A stretch of 64,000 nucleotides of DNA from Lama glama (Eukaryota), in NCBI GenBank assembly GCA_028534125.1, contig CM052840.1:21824001-21888000 (forward strand), read 5' to 3'. Below, one piece after another: positions 1-12,649 of the stretch; the first letter of the stretch is position 1; each line of letters starts with the position of its first letter. The translations under genes were made by a program, and so were the position numbers. The notes under the pieces were generated by a model. The model was given only the letters and a program-made list of their open reading frames with translations, ran no database searches and was not told where the DNA came from.

Positions 1-319
1 TCAGAATATGGGGATAATAATAATAACTGCCTTAAAACGTGGTGACAAAGGTGAAATGAGATATTATATCTTGAGCACTTAGTAATTGTTTAGGATTGGT
101 ATAAAGTATTAGTCTGTCTCTAAAATGTTCCCAGTGCTTTCAATTGCAGTTTTACAAAAAATTTGGGGAGCCATTTCTCAAAAAATTTGGAACATGATTT
201 TGTTTTCAGGTGAAAACATTTCTACATTCAGCTGAAGATTGGTAAAGACTGCATCTCACTCTGTAATCACCCGACTTGGGTAGGAGGTAGGACTAGTACT
301 GCTAACTCCCCTTTTCCTT

Positions 320-735
320 TTAGTGATGCTGCCCCATGTCCACCAATCTAGAGTCTACATTTACCAGGCTCCTTTGCAGTTAGTTGTTGCCATGTGACTG
401 TGTTTGTGCCAGTAGAATGTGAAAAGAAAGGATGCATATCTTTTGAGGTCATAGCCACAAAACACCAGGTATGTGCCTATCTGTTCTCTCTTCATCCTCT
501 CCCTGGACTAGACAGTGGACAAGACAGTGTTCTCAGTGTCAGCCGTGCAGGCATAGCCAACACCCTAAGAAATCCAAAACCACGTAAGAGAAAGAACCTG
601 GGTTCTTGAATGACCATATGAAGCATAATCTCATCCACTTACTTTGAGACTATTATGTGAAATAAAAATTCACATTTATTTTATCCAAGTCACTTTATTT
701 CAGGGCTTCTTGGTTACAGGAGTTTAGCTAACCAG
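320..735 (+). mobile_element. Old MaLR LTR relic (MLT1-type)
   Basis: Resembles MLT1 motifs: ctacattt..cagg.tcc.ttgcagttag..g.ccatgtgact, gaacctgggttcttgaatgac, and a 3' aataaa...ttacag segment. Recognised from memory; boundaries approximate. Confidence 0.65.
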
Positions 736-1386
736 CTCTGTCCTTATTTGCCCACATCAGTTCCCTTAAAGGGCAGAAATGACCTATCTTGTTTCCACTG
801 CCAAATGTAGAATGATGAATAATTAATACATCTCATGTACATTTCCTTTAAATACAGTTTTCTCTGGCAGACTGGAACACACTGAGAGACTAAAGGAGCT
901 GTGGGCAGTGGGGGAGGGGTTCCAAAAATGCAGTTATTTGTTTTAGATGGGTAACCTAGATAGAAGGCATTAGGTATCTTGAGATAGAAGGCATGAAATA
1001 CCTTGCCGGGAAAAATAAGGAGGCTAGCTTGGATCACAGCTCAAGATGATCTTCCCACTTCTTCATGTGAGCAGTTTCACCCTCAGGCAGAGCAAAGAAT
1101 TTTCTCAAGAAGTGGCTGTGATAAGCTCAGATTTTCCAAGAAGTACTTAGTTGACGACACAGAGCTCAGCACCCGAGAACTTGGTCAGCTGGACTCCAAT
1201 TTTAGAATCTATGAGCAAGGTGAACACTTCTATTATAAAATAGCCTTATAGGATCCTCTCAGGTTTTTACATTTGAACAAAGTTACCTCCCACTGAGCCT
1301 GTACATGAGAGATGACTGAGAATTCAATCCTGGACAAATCACTTAGGAGCCCTACTGGGGAACGGTTTACTATAATTTCTCCAGAT

Positions 1387-1724
1387 CAGAGCCACAGACT
1401 TTTTTGCAAAGAGCCAGATAGTAAACATTTTAGATTTTGCAGGCAATATATAGTCTTTGTTGTAACGACTCAGCTTTTCCATCGTAGCATGAAAACAGCA
1501 ATAGACAACTCTTAAGCAAGCATGGCTGTGTTCCAATAAAAATTTATTATGGACACTGAGATTTGATTGTCATATAATTTTCATGTGTCACAAAACATGA
1601 TTCTTCCTTTGGCTTTTTTCTAACAATTTTAAAGTGTAAAAACTATTCTTAGCTCACAGGTTGTATGCAAAGAGGTGGCCGGCAGGACAGATTTCACTCC
1701 TGGGCTGTAGCTTTCTGACCTCTG
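1387..1724. mobile_element. MER58-type hAT-Charlie non-autonomous DNA transposon (MER58B-like)
   Basis: Characteristic gccagatagtaaacattttag...actcagct...gcatggctgtgttccaataaaa...tggacactga, ending ctgacctctg; about 340 bp. Confidence 0.8.
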
Positions 1725-2749
1725 ATCTAGAAGGTAAAAGTCTAGAGGACATGACTGATATTGACAACAATCTCTAAAAATAATCCAACAGCATGTACAG
1801 AGCATAATCTAATTGCTTTTGCAAGAGGACTTTCCAACTAGCCCATCTAGCAACTGTTTTAAATTATTTGGAAGTCCATTGTAAGAGAGAGGGGCTTGTT
1901 CTAGATTTGAGAATTTGCTACAGCTAAGGCCCCATTTCTGACCTACCCGTGGAGATCACCACTGAAAATGGCACTTAATAGCAAAGACTGCATCCAGAGC
2001 CAGTAACCTTCTTTAACTCACTGAGGTTGACCTGATAAGCTACAGTGAGAGCGATACCTACTTATAAATTTCTGTGGTTTATAAAGTATAGGTTGCCCAG
2101 AACAGGATTAGAATATCTGATAAAATATTCTCCAGTGTATGCATATTTAACACCACCTCCTAGGATAATCCTCATTTCATTCTGTTGCTTCAAACACAAT
2201 CTGGTATTTATACCTTAATTCCAAATTATACATATGACTCTCACTCAGATATTCACACTTTAATTGCAAAGTAAACCTGATTGCCACAGAAACACTTCAA
2301 ACACAAGAAGTCTCAAGTGAAACAACACACTGGAAATTCTTCATCCCGTAATTACTCCTATGTTTTCTGACTTCTTTCATAGGATTCACACAGAAACCCA
2401 AACCAAAACTCTGAGATTTATTTGTAATTTTTCCTTCGCTTTCTAAACTCTCCTGGGCCATATAAGGACCTTTCCATCCAGAACATCCACATTCCCTAGG
2501 GCCTTAAAGTCCTTCTCTCGCTGGGAAAACTAGAGACAATTAGAGATGGCCCATTGGTTCTTAATACCGCAGTCCAGAAGTGGCACAAACTGGTCACGTG
2601 ACCTCACCCAGGTGCAGGGAGCCCAGAAAATGTAGTCCACCTATTTGACGAGAAGCACCATAGTGTTGGTGAGTACTAGGAACCTTCACCATAAGTTTTC
2701 TCTTCTCTGGTGATTTTTGAAGTTCAATTGCTATTTAGTCTATTAATGC

Positions 2750-3900
2750 TGTTAGTGGTTAGTGATATCTTTCTCTGTTTTTCTGTGTCTTTCTATTTTA
2801 TGTATGATAAAGAATTTATCTCACCTTTTTCTCACCTGACACTTGCAATGTTTGGTTTATAGATGATTATATAATCATTTTTACATAAATTAATATCTCT
2901 AAGTCATTTCAATATTTATCATCAACTTCTTAACTTCCCCAGTCTTAAGTTCTGAATCTTGATTCATCCTTTTTGTCTTTTAGATAACATTTTTGGAAAA
3001 TTTTTATAATTAATTAAATTAATGAGCTATATATTCTCTTCATTTTTGCCTAAATAAGAATATGTTTCTGTTGTCTTTGCACATTCTCTTAATTTCTTAC
3101 CTGTGTAAGAAAATCTTTCTGTTGTATTTGCACATAAATAATGACTTAGGTGTGTATGAAATTCTTGGGTCAAAATATTTTCTCTCAAAATATCTTGAAA
3201 TTTTTCCATTGTCTTCTAAATTTTGATGATACAGATGAGAAGTCTGAAACTTTCCTGATATTTTTTTCTCCTTTGTTGGTGATCTTTTAATTTTCAGTTT
3301 ACCTTCAAAATGCCATAAGCTTCCAAGGTATGTCTGTGTTTGAATATATTGCCAGTGTTTGGCCAAAACTGTGTTTATTAACCTATTCAATCTATACACA
3401 TAAACCTCCATTTTGGGTCAGGTTTTATAGGATATGTTATATCCATGATTATTTATTCCATTTATTTTTTGAGTTACTTAGATTTTCTTATTCTCTATCC
3501 TCAGTATCTGTAATTTTGACCTTCATGGATTTCTTCTTAGTCATTTTTCCTCTTTATTCTTTCCTACTGTGTATTTCTAACTCTGCCCCCTTTTCTGCTT
3601 TCCATGTAGATTTTAGTTCTGCCATTGCTTTTTATGGTTTTTTGCTTTTTTTTGATGGTTTAAGAAGATCATTTAACATCTCTGTCTTCTTGTCTGTCTT
3701 TCCACGATTAAAGGCACCTGTTTCACAGAGGCATGTTTTTCACAGTCACGTCCCTGTTGTTATTTTTAAGAACACCAGGCAAATGTTTTTAAAACTTCCA
3801 TCTGATTCGCATAGAAGTAGTACACGGAGAAAGAAGTTCTGCTCTTGAAGGCTCTAGACAATGTTTCCCTTATCTCTTGCTATAAAGAAGCCTGGTAACT
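2750..3900 (-). mobile_element. Ancient degraded L1 (L1M-type) fragment
   Basis: T-rich antisense L1 signature such as gaaattcttgggtcaaaatattttc...ttccattgtcttct...gatgagaagtctga. Boundaries approximate. Confidence 0.6.
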
Positions 3901-4017
3901 TATGTTTTTCTCTTTTAAAAAATAAGAATATACTCAGGCCCAGCTTTTGCCGATACACAGGGATTTGCTTGGCACCTCATACCAGCTATTTCAGTTCTAA
4001 TGGCATTCCTCTCTCAA

Positions 4018-4041
4018 AGGTCAGCTCAAGGTCAGTGACCT
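4018..4041 (+). promoter_or_regulatory. Candidate composite nuclear-receptor element (DR5 + IR1 + ERRE)
   Basis: AGGTCA(4018-23) gctca AGGTCA(4029-34) g TGACCT(4036-41), with TCAAGGTCA at 4026-34. Motif only; function untested. Confidence 0.4.
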
Positions 4042-6372
4042 CTAATTTGTGCTGGCCTGTGGAACTGAGGGAGTGTCTTCTTAGGCCTCTTAGATGGCTC
4101 ACTGACTTAGCAAGAGCTCACTGAAGTTTGAAATCTTTGTTTGAACACCAGAAAAGCATCCTCCTATGCCTGTCCTGCTCCTAGGCCGCCTCATAAGATG
4201 ACTAGGAGTATGAAGATAAAAGGTGTTTCTACTGTTTTTCTGAGTTTTGGACTCTGCACTGTAATGTCAGTGAATGAAGAAAGAGAATTATTGACGCAGG
4301 TGTCAGCGAGAAGCAGGGCCGTGCAGAAATCTGGCAGTCTTTGCCCAGAGATGCTGCCTGATTCCGGTTAGAAGAGCCTCTGTCTCGTGGAATAAGACAT
4401 AACCAGTGCGCCTGAATCACCATCTTTCCTTTCTTCTTTGGGGCAGTAGATTCTCTTCTGTTTCAGAGGGGGTGACACATGGTGCATGGCTAAGAATGGG
4501 CACTTAATGGAATTCCATCCAGATAATTGGCATATAATCTATGCTCATCTTGAACTTGTGACGCTAGTCCCAATATTTTCAATGTATATACACAGGCCCT
4601 TTAATTGGAACTTGATAGAAGAGATAGCAGGTGCATTTCATAACCCCAGTAAAATCCACTTATATTTGTAAGTAGAATTTGAAAGCACTTTATTAGTATA
4701 TATTTAGGGCTTGAATTTCTAACCAGCCTGCTCACTTAACAACCTAAAATACAATGTGAACTTCAAACCAAGTGCACTTTCTGTTATATCTTAGCTGCCT
4801 CAAATCAGTGAGTAGTAGTACCCTAAGGCAGCAGAAATAATTCTAATCACAGAGGGAACTTTTGCTCTCACAGAACAAGTGGCTTTGCTGTACTTGACTG
4901 ATGCTGTCATTTGGGAAAATCCTGAAGGACATGGACAACCAGTTCCTGAGAATGCGTAACAATGACCTCATGGCTAAAGGCGCTTGCATTTTGTGACGTC
5001 AGAGAAAAGAAACATTTCAATCCCCAAAGTTTTCCAAAGTACTTTGCTAAAGATCTCTTACTGTGAACTATTTCAATTATGCTGGCATATAAACCGTTAA
5101 CTGTTGCTGGATGTTAGATCAAAGCAGTAGCGTGTTCAGGAAACCCAAAATACCGAAAATCAGACCACCATTCAGTTTTTTTGTAAGATCCCCAAGATCT
5201 TAATGAACAGGGGTTCTTAAAAGAAAGTCATACAGTTCCCAAAGTCATATTCTTTTACAGGACCACGTGCTAGGACTTTGCATTGTAGAGACACTGTACT
5301 GCAATAACCACTAAGACAAGTGCCCCCTTTTCCTCCCAGTCCTTGCTTAGTGCTGTTGAACTGTTCTAACACAAGCTTGTACATACAATTTCAGGAGACT
5401 TGTAAACCAAAGCTCCACCTCCCCCCTAACCCTAACACAAATCAAGGTAATAGATCCTACTTAAGGTCTCAAAACTCATACTAGTGTAAGCAGAGCAGTA
5501 GACCACTTCCTACTAAGAAAATATGGCAGTTTTATGCCTTCCTTTTAAAGCGTCATTGTAGGAGGATTGTAAGAAGCAGAACTTAGTGCAAGAATGTAGA
5601 CTTTGGGTGGAAGAGGAAAAAGAAAACAAAACACTGGTCTTTGAAAGGATGAGGTTTGAGGAATTGATGAGTTACATTTGAGACAGTAAGTGATTGATTT
5701 TAGCATCCTTTATGACCTTATCCACATTATGGAGACACAGTGAACTAGGAGAAAAGGATGAGAGCCTTGATCAAAATTCAGATATCATCCTAGGATCCTA
5801 CTGAGGGAATCCTGAGGGAGATCCTGTATCGCTCTGCTACGTCAGCAGTGCACATAATAGGATATCTGTCTAAACATTCTTCTAGGTATCATTTTGAAGA
5901 TTTTGTTAGCACGTTAAAAAAAATGCCTTGACTTTTAGGATCTGTGTCAGGATATGCCCTTATCTGTGTTAGCCTCGATTTCTCTCTGGGATTATTTTAC
6001 TAATGAACAGAAGTTGTTCCACATACTGCATATCTTTATTTTACTCTCAGTTTCCTTTCGTAAGTGTTATGTCAAAGTTTTGAAGATTAGTTGAATAAGT
6101 ATAAGCAGCATAATTAAAATATTTAAGGGCATTTTTAAAGTTTATTTTCCTATGAAGTTAGGACTCCATGCAGTTAATTATGGGAAGGGAGGCTAGGGAG
6201 GAAATCTGTTAAAAATAAATAAATAAAACCCAGCGCCACTATAAGGTAAGTTACATAAGCTTTTCTGTTTTTCATTCTAGGGATCGCTAACGATAGAGTT
6301 GATTCTCTGTCTTTTCCTCCTGAGACTCTTACATCAGCTACATTTACAGTGTCCTGTGTTTATTGTTAACAG

Positions 6373-6582
6373 CTTTTCAAGACCTACAAGGTGATGTTGA
6401 ATATTATACACTTTTTTGGAGTTCAGCTACCTCAAATGAATCTCTAAAAATCCTCCCAGATGTAAACTCTCATGTCATTGGCCATTTAAATCCAAACACC
6501 GAGTATCGGATTTTTCTCTCTGTTTTCAACGGCGTCCACAGCATAAGCAGTGAAGTCCTGCGTGTGACCACTTGCGATGGGG
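6373..6582 (+). CDS. USH2A: USH2A coding exon (approx. human exon 45), FN3 segment
   Basis: Acceptor ttaacag|CT and donor GGG|gtgagt. 210 nt, phase 1-1. Translates FQDLQGDVEYYTLFWSSATSNESLKILPDVNSHVIGHLNPNTEYRIFLSVFNGVHSISSEVLRVTTCDG. Confidence 0.95.
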
Positions 6583-8052
6583 GTGAGTCCAGATTTCAAG
6601 GGATACTCTCAGCTTCAGAGATGCGAATGAAATTGATTGATTCTCGCTGAGGTTGAGATCAGTCATCCTTCCATTATAAAATTTCCGGTGTTGGAGGGAA
6701 GGGGGTCGGAGCTAAAATGCTTAAGTGCTGGCTGTCGTCAAGTGGCAGATCAATAAGTGGTCCCATGGAGACAGCTGCACAAGGCTCCAATAATGGGGTG
6801 TTAGCCCAGTTTGTTCCCGTTCGTTTCAGTGTATCCTTAGTTTGGAGCTGAGTTCACATCAATAAATGGTGACATTTAGAAACAGTTCTTTTCTTTCTTT
6901 CTTTTTTTTTTTTTTAAGAATTGCTCTCAGAAGCAGTGTGCTTTTCAAAACGACAGCCAAGCACAGTGAGGTCCCTCCCTGAGTCACNNNNNNNNNNNNN
7001 NNNNNNNNNNNNNNNNNNNNNNNNNNNNNNNNNNNNNNNNNNNNNNNNNNNNNNNNNNNNNNNNNNNNNNNNNNNNNNNNNNNNNNNNNNNNNNNNNNNN
7101 NNNNNNNNNNNNNNNNNNNNNNNNNNNNNNNNNNNNNNNNNNNNNNNNNNNNNNNNNNNNNNNNNNNNNNNNNNNNNNNNNNNNNNNNNNTTAGCAGAGC
7201 ACTTTAAGTATGGAACCCATTTCCCTTTGCAGTGCCAAAGGTCGACACCTTTTGTTTATAAAATAGAATGGATCACAAGGACAATTTTTCAACTAGTTAA
7301 GATGGGTTCTTCTGATAAAAATAGGTCTTTGCATAGTTATTTCTGACATGCTTGAATAATTGTGTAATTTAACGCCAAGCAAGAGTTTTTTTCTANNNNN
7401 NNNNNNNNNNNNNNNNNNNNNNNNNNNNNNNNNNNNNNNNNNNNNNNNNNNNNNNNNNNNNNNNNNNNNNNNNNNNNNNNNNNNNNNNNNNNNNNNNNNN
7501 NNNNNNNNNNNNNNNNNNNNNNNNNNNNNNNNNNNNNNNNNNNTATATTTTTTGCTTAAGGAGCAAATTTTCTTTTCCTTTTTTTTCCCCACCCTACCCT
7601 GGGAGGTATGGAGTGAAGGGATGGGAAAAGAGACAAATAATAGATAAGTGTTAGTGGTGCAGATGGGTGAATAATTTATCATCATATCCCACTGGTCACA
7701 TAGTATTGAAGATCAGCACTATGCTGGTGGTAGAAAGCCTTTTACCACCAATTCTTACGGTTTCTAACTGAGAGTATAATAAGCCAATTTGCAGAGGACT
7801 GCAGACTGTGATAACTTCATCAGAGGAGAGCAGATAAGCAACAAACCCTTCTCGCTAAACCTAAATACTAATCGGCATTTNNNNNNNNNNNNNNNNNNNN
7901 NNNNNNNNNNNNNNNNNNNNNNNNNNNNNNNNNNNNNNNNNNNNNNNNNNNNNNNNNNNNNNNNNNNNNNNNNNNNNNNNNNNNNNNNNNNNNNNNNNNN
8001 NNNNNNNNNNNNNNNNNNNNNNNNNNNNNNNNNNNNNNNNNNNNNNNNNNNN

Positions 8053-8145
8053 TATGTAAATAATAAGCTGCACAAGACTGGAATAAATGTGCCCGGATCT
8101 TTCCTTCTGCAAGACCTGTCTCCCTTCACTATCTATGACATTCAG
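8053..8145 (+). CDS. USH2A: USH2A coding exon (approx. exon 46), visible 3' part only; 5' part lies in N-run 7881-8052
   Basis: Translates YVNNKLHKTGINVPGSFLLQDLSPFTIYDIQ, then donor CAG|gttaga (phase 0). A 203-nt exon as in human would start near 7943, inside the gap. Confidence 0.92.
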
Positions 8146-8949
8146 GTTAGAACGTTGTTTTTTGATGGGTAAGCTTATGAGTGTGTTAAATAAAACATGC
8201 TGGGTTATGTCTCTTCGCAAATACCTTCCACCCTGGTTACAGATTATTTATTTGGTGGGGAAGAGGAGAGAAAAGGGGGAAATTGATCTGGATTAAATCT
8301 GTTCATTGTGGGCAAACACGAGTCACTGTAGAGGGGACAGTGTAATATGGAAGGGGATGGTGTTGAGGATGGTGATGAAGATGGTGATGAGGATGGCAGT
8401 GGTATCCTCACTGGCAAAATAAAGCAAATCACACATTTGCAGTAATTTTTGCCAAGCAGCTTGCCTTTTTCCTGGCTCTTTTACTGATAGCAGATTCAGA
8501 ATAAGTCTATGATTGTGGAGATATTCCTTCTATTCCTATTTCTGCTATTTACTAATTTAATAACTTTGGGGAAGTTATGTAACCTTACTTATCTCTTTTG
8601 TAAGAGCAAAAGTCTAGATGACTTAAAACATTCTCTCTACCTCTTGCATTCTGTGATTCAGACGAAACAACGATAATAAGTGAATATATGGCAGACAAAA
8701 AATATTAAAAGATTTTTCTTGAGGATGAAAGAAATATATCTGCTCATCGTACAACAAACGTTCAATGACCCTCACCTTTGTGAAAGCGTAGTATTTACCT
8801 TCTTTGCCCTTGGGACTCTGAGAATCTGATGAAGTCTGGGCACACTACCCCATAAAAACATGTACATATTTGAATGACAAATGGTTACATGCAATTTCAG
8901 AGAGTGTATTGACCAAACTTGTAGATATCTCTTTGAGATCTACTATCTT

Positions 8950-9022
8950 AAAAGTAAAAAATAAAATAAAATAAAATAAAATAAAAAATAAATTAAATAA
9001 TAAATAAATAAATAAATAAATA
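8950..9022 (+). repeat. (AAAAT)n/(AAAT)n simple repeat
   Basis: Direct reading. Confidence 0.9.
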
Positions 9023-12000
9023 GAATACTAAGGCATATAAAACAAGAAACTGATCCTCAAGGAACTGGAAATCTTGTTAGAATGCTGGGATATAAAAGAT
9101 AAGGCTAAATGCAAAAATTATGATAAAAAGTGTGTTTCAGCAACTCTAAGTTTATAGAGAAGGGTTGCAACTTAGTAAATTTTTAAACGAACTATGCTGC
9201 TTCTAGAATTTATAAGAACTTTGTAAGTAATTATCAGAAGATATTACACATGGAAATTTTATTTGGCCACAGAAGACCTGTCACTGGCTCTGTTTGTTAA
9301 GTGCCACCTCTTTCATTTTCCCAACCTCCATTTTCCTCCACGTTTGAAAGTGAAACATACATAATCATCTACAACCAGAGCTTAAGCCCCTCCTCCTCCT
9401 AGGCCTGGCTTCCCAAGAAAATGACATAAGAAGATATTTCGTAAAAGTAGAAAGGTACATTGATTTTTTTTTATTATGCTCCATGATTTCCATTAACCCG
9501 CCCAAGTTATCTTAGCATGAACCATGTGGACTGATATGTATGTTCATGACTCAGAGTGAATCAATGTGTATGTGTAGATCACAGATCACATTGTAAAATA
9601 AAACTCACATTCAAAATAATTAGAAAATTAGCTTTATGAACAAGGTTACTACAAGAAGGTGATGAAAGATTTGCTGAATTTTCCTCTGTAGGTCCCTGAT
9701 GGAGAAAGCCAGCTGAGTCCTCAAAAGGCAGTGTATTCACTTGCTTTATCAGGACTCAGAATACATCCTGGAGGGGAGATGCCTGGATGCTGTGCACATA
9801 TATCCAGCACCAGCTTTCTCACCACGAAGCAGGCCTTGTCATGCGGCTGTTCCAGGCATGTTCTACCACGGCAGGCTTCACTCATACCCATTGGTTTGAG
9901 TCAGTAATGGCCTGAGGAGAGTGCATTTTTATCAGAGTTAGGACATGGAAATAGATGAGGAGACAGAAATCCAAATTAGAATCTAATACTTAAATTTTGG
10001 TGGTGGTGACTAAGATGTTCTTATTCTTGATAACTATAATTATATTTTTGTAAAGCTCTTCACAGCCCTGGAATACTGCACTTGAAATAGTTGTTGCATT
10101 ACTGGAATTTGAACATCAGATTTCAATGATCTTTATTTATGATGTCAAAGATGATTTGGCTCCTTTTAAAATACGTGCTTAGTTGATACACCAAATACTT
10201 TAAAACTATTCTCTATATAAATCCCTTCTGAAAAATAGGAAATAAAAGAGCTATTGATTTTGAAGTAGACATGGAGATGCATCAGAGTGTCTACTTTTTT
10301 GAATGAATCATTTTATCTATCCCTTTTTATAGGAAATAATTTCAATTTTGATTCAGTTTTATTTCTTTGTAATATAAATATGTAAACCTTCATATTTGTG
10401 TTTCACTCCCATATTATACAATAAAGCTGTAGCACCAGAAAGATACCCCAAATATTAGTGAGAGAATTTAAAATATTGACACATTTCTCTAAAGTAAGGC
10501 AATAGCTTTCTGGACAATCACTGGAATACACCTAAGTAGTTTAGAACTTAAAGCGATGCTTGTGATTTAGATGATAAGACAATGGGGTACAGTAAAGCCT
10601 GAATCAGATCTTTCATATTTTCTCAGCTTGATCATATTCCTGGATATCTCTGACCCCCCCTTCCCCCACCCCCACCACCATTTGCAAGCTTCTGAAAATG
10701 AAGTTGTAAGATTCAATAAAATTATTTGTGCAAGTACCCATCATAATATTTGGCACATAAAAAGATTTAGTTGAGTTGGTTTTGAGTCATCTCAGTATGC
10801 ATCGTATAGTCAACTGTTCCCCAATAGTCATGAAGTTTTATTGTTATTAATTCTATTACAACAAGCATATTTTAAGTGCATCTGCCTGCGAGTTGTTTGG
10901 GGTTTAACTGGTCATACTCAGAGTAAAGACCCTTGACAGTGTTTAAATATCTACTAGATGTTAGTTCCAAATACTGTATGGCATAAATAAATCACACAAC
11001 TTAAACAGCGTTGTAAAAATATGCCTCAGTTCCCATTTAGGTGCAAACTACCCCATGAAGAAAATGATGTAGCTACTAAATATAATGAACATCACATGTA
11101 TCTCAAATGCCATTCAAATCCAGAGAACTGCTTTGCTTAAAAGCTCCATACTAGTGTTTAAGACTCATCAGTACTTAGCACCCCTCCTCCCCTTATGTAT
11201 AAGATGCTAGAAGTAAATTAGCATTGGAAACAGTGCGGGTCCTCTTTGGCTTATCCTTTGATTGAGAGCAGGAGGATATCGCTCTGTGGATGTTCACCAG
11301 CAATCTCTTGTACAGCCATTTGTCTCTCCTCCCTCTAACTGAGGCTCCCCCTGTGTTACTGATGCTTGATGAACCTGATATCTAATCTTTAGTTGTCCCA
11401 CCCTCCTCAGTTTTTATTCAGATTAGGTGGCAGAATTAAAGGGTGAATGATGATTTTCTGCTGTGATTAAGGTAAAAATACACTTGCAGCTGGAACAAAT
11501 GGATATAAAATAGCTCAGCCATATTGGAAGGCTTCTCTAGGCCTCATTTTTCTTCCATTAGACATTAGCATTTAGGCTATTTGTTGTGAAGTGTCAAGAC
11601 TTCCAGAAGATATCATCACTATACCCTACCTGGTTACAGATCTAGAGAGCAGTATGCAGTGATAACGTATGATGCCTGCAAACTGTCACGTAAGAATCTT
11701 CTGTTCCCTAACTGAGTTCCAAATAGATTAATACTTCTGTTTCTTTCTGAATAGTTGGAACCAGAAACTAAACATCACCATTTTCATCACTAGATCAGTT
11801 GTCCTGAGCTTATTTCATTTTTTATGGTGTTCTATTTTTGCCTTTTAATCACATAATTAAAGAACACACACAAAAAAGTATAATATCGCTTCTTATTTCC
11901 AACTTATTTCCAGGAGGACTTAACAAAAATCTTACCTACTCTTTAGAATATTAACTTTTATTGCCCTGAAAAAATTATTTTAATGAAATATCCCTTGAAC

Positions 12001-12536
12001 AAAACGGAATTTAAACTATATATATTGTGTTCATTCTTTCCCTTAATCATTAAAGTTATCATTATGTAGTTACAATGGTGAGCTCAAAATATTGACAATT
12101 TCTTCTGTCAGCCACCTATAGGATGTCATAAAGTCACTCAATGTAATGCTTCTATCTCATGTACAGATGCATTACTTTAAATGAAATTACATTATTTCTG
12201 TAGCAGCTTTCAGATTTCATTTTCATCCTTAAATATTACAGTTGAATCTATGTGAAACAAACTTTACTAAATTCAAAACACATTAAGAACTTAAATGTTT
12301 TGATTTATGCACAAGTGCAACCCAGGTGTTTTATGTTAGTAATATAACGAGCCATTTCAGCACTCTATTTTCAGCTTGTCCCACTGGAGTCAACATAAAA
12401 AAGTTAGTATTTACTAAACCGCAAGAGGCTAGAGAGAACTATAGGGGAATTGTGTGAAATGAAGGTGGGTGGGATTCAGTCCATTGGCAGCCTGTATTTT
12501 GAAAGTATTTATTCTTTTGTAAACTAATGTTTGCAG

Positions 12537-12649
12537 GTTGCAGTCTGCACAAAATATGCCTGTGTGAAAAGCAATGGAACCCAAATCACCACTGTGGAAG
12601 ATACTCCAAGTGATATACCAACTCCCACAATCCGTAACATCACTTCAAG
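12537..12649 (+). CDS. USH2A: USH2A coding exon (approx. exon 47)
   Basis: Acceptor tttgcag|GTT and donor AAG|gtacac. 113 nt, phase 0-2. Translates VAVCTKYACVKSNGTQITTVEDTPSDIPTPTIRNITSR. Not listed in the ORF track. Confidence 0.95.

Noticed and set aside
3330-3848. 172-aa hydrophobic ORF
   Set aside because: Phe/Leu/Ser-rich translation of a T-rich antisense L1 relic; no recognisable domain.
6363-6650. ORF-track starts and stops around exons (also 26505, 40801, 57445, 61151) as standalone genes
   Set aside because: These are USH2A exons read through into intron; the true limits are set by the splice sites.
6921-7685. ORFs spanning N-runs (also 38132-39441, 46111-46523, 48518-49080, 50253-50798, 52541-53435)
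   Set aside because: Their length is an artefact of X codons lacking stops.
8244-8432. Ser/Pro-rich minus-strand ORF
   Set aside because: Arises from a short degenerate GATGGT/GAGGAT low-complexity repeat.
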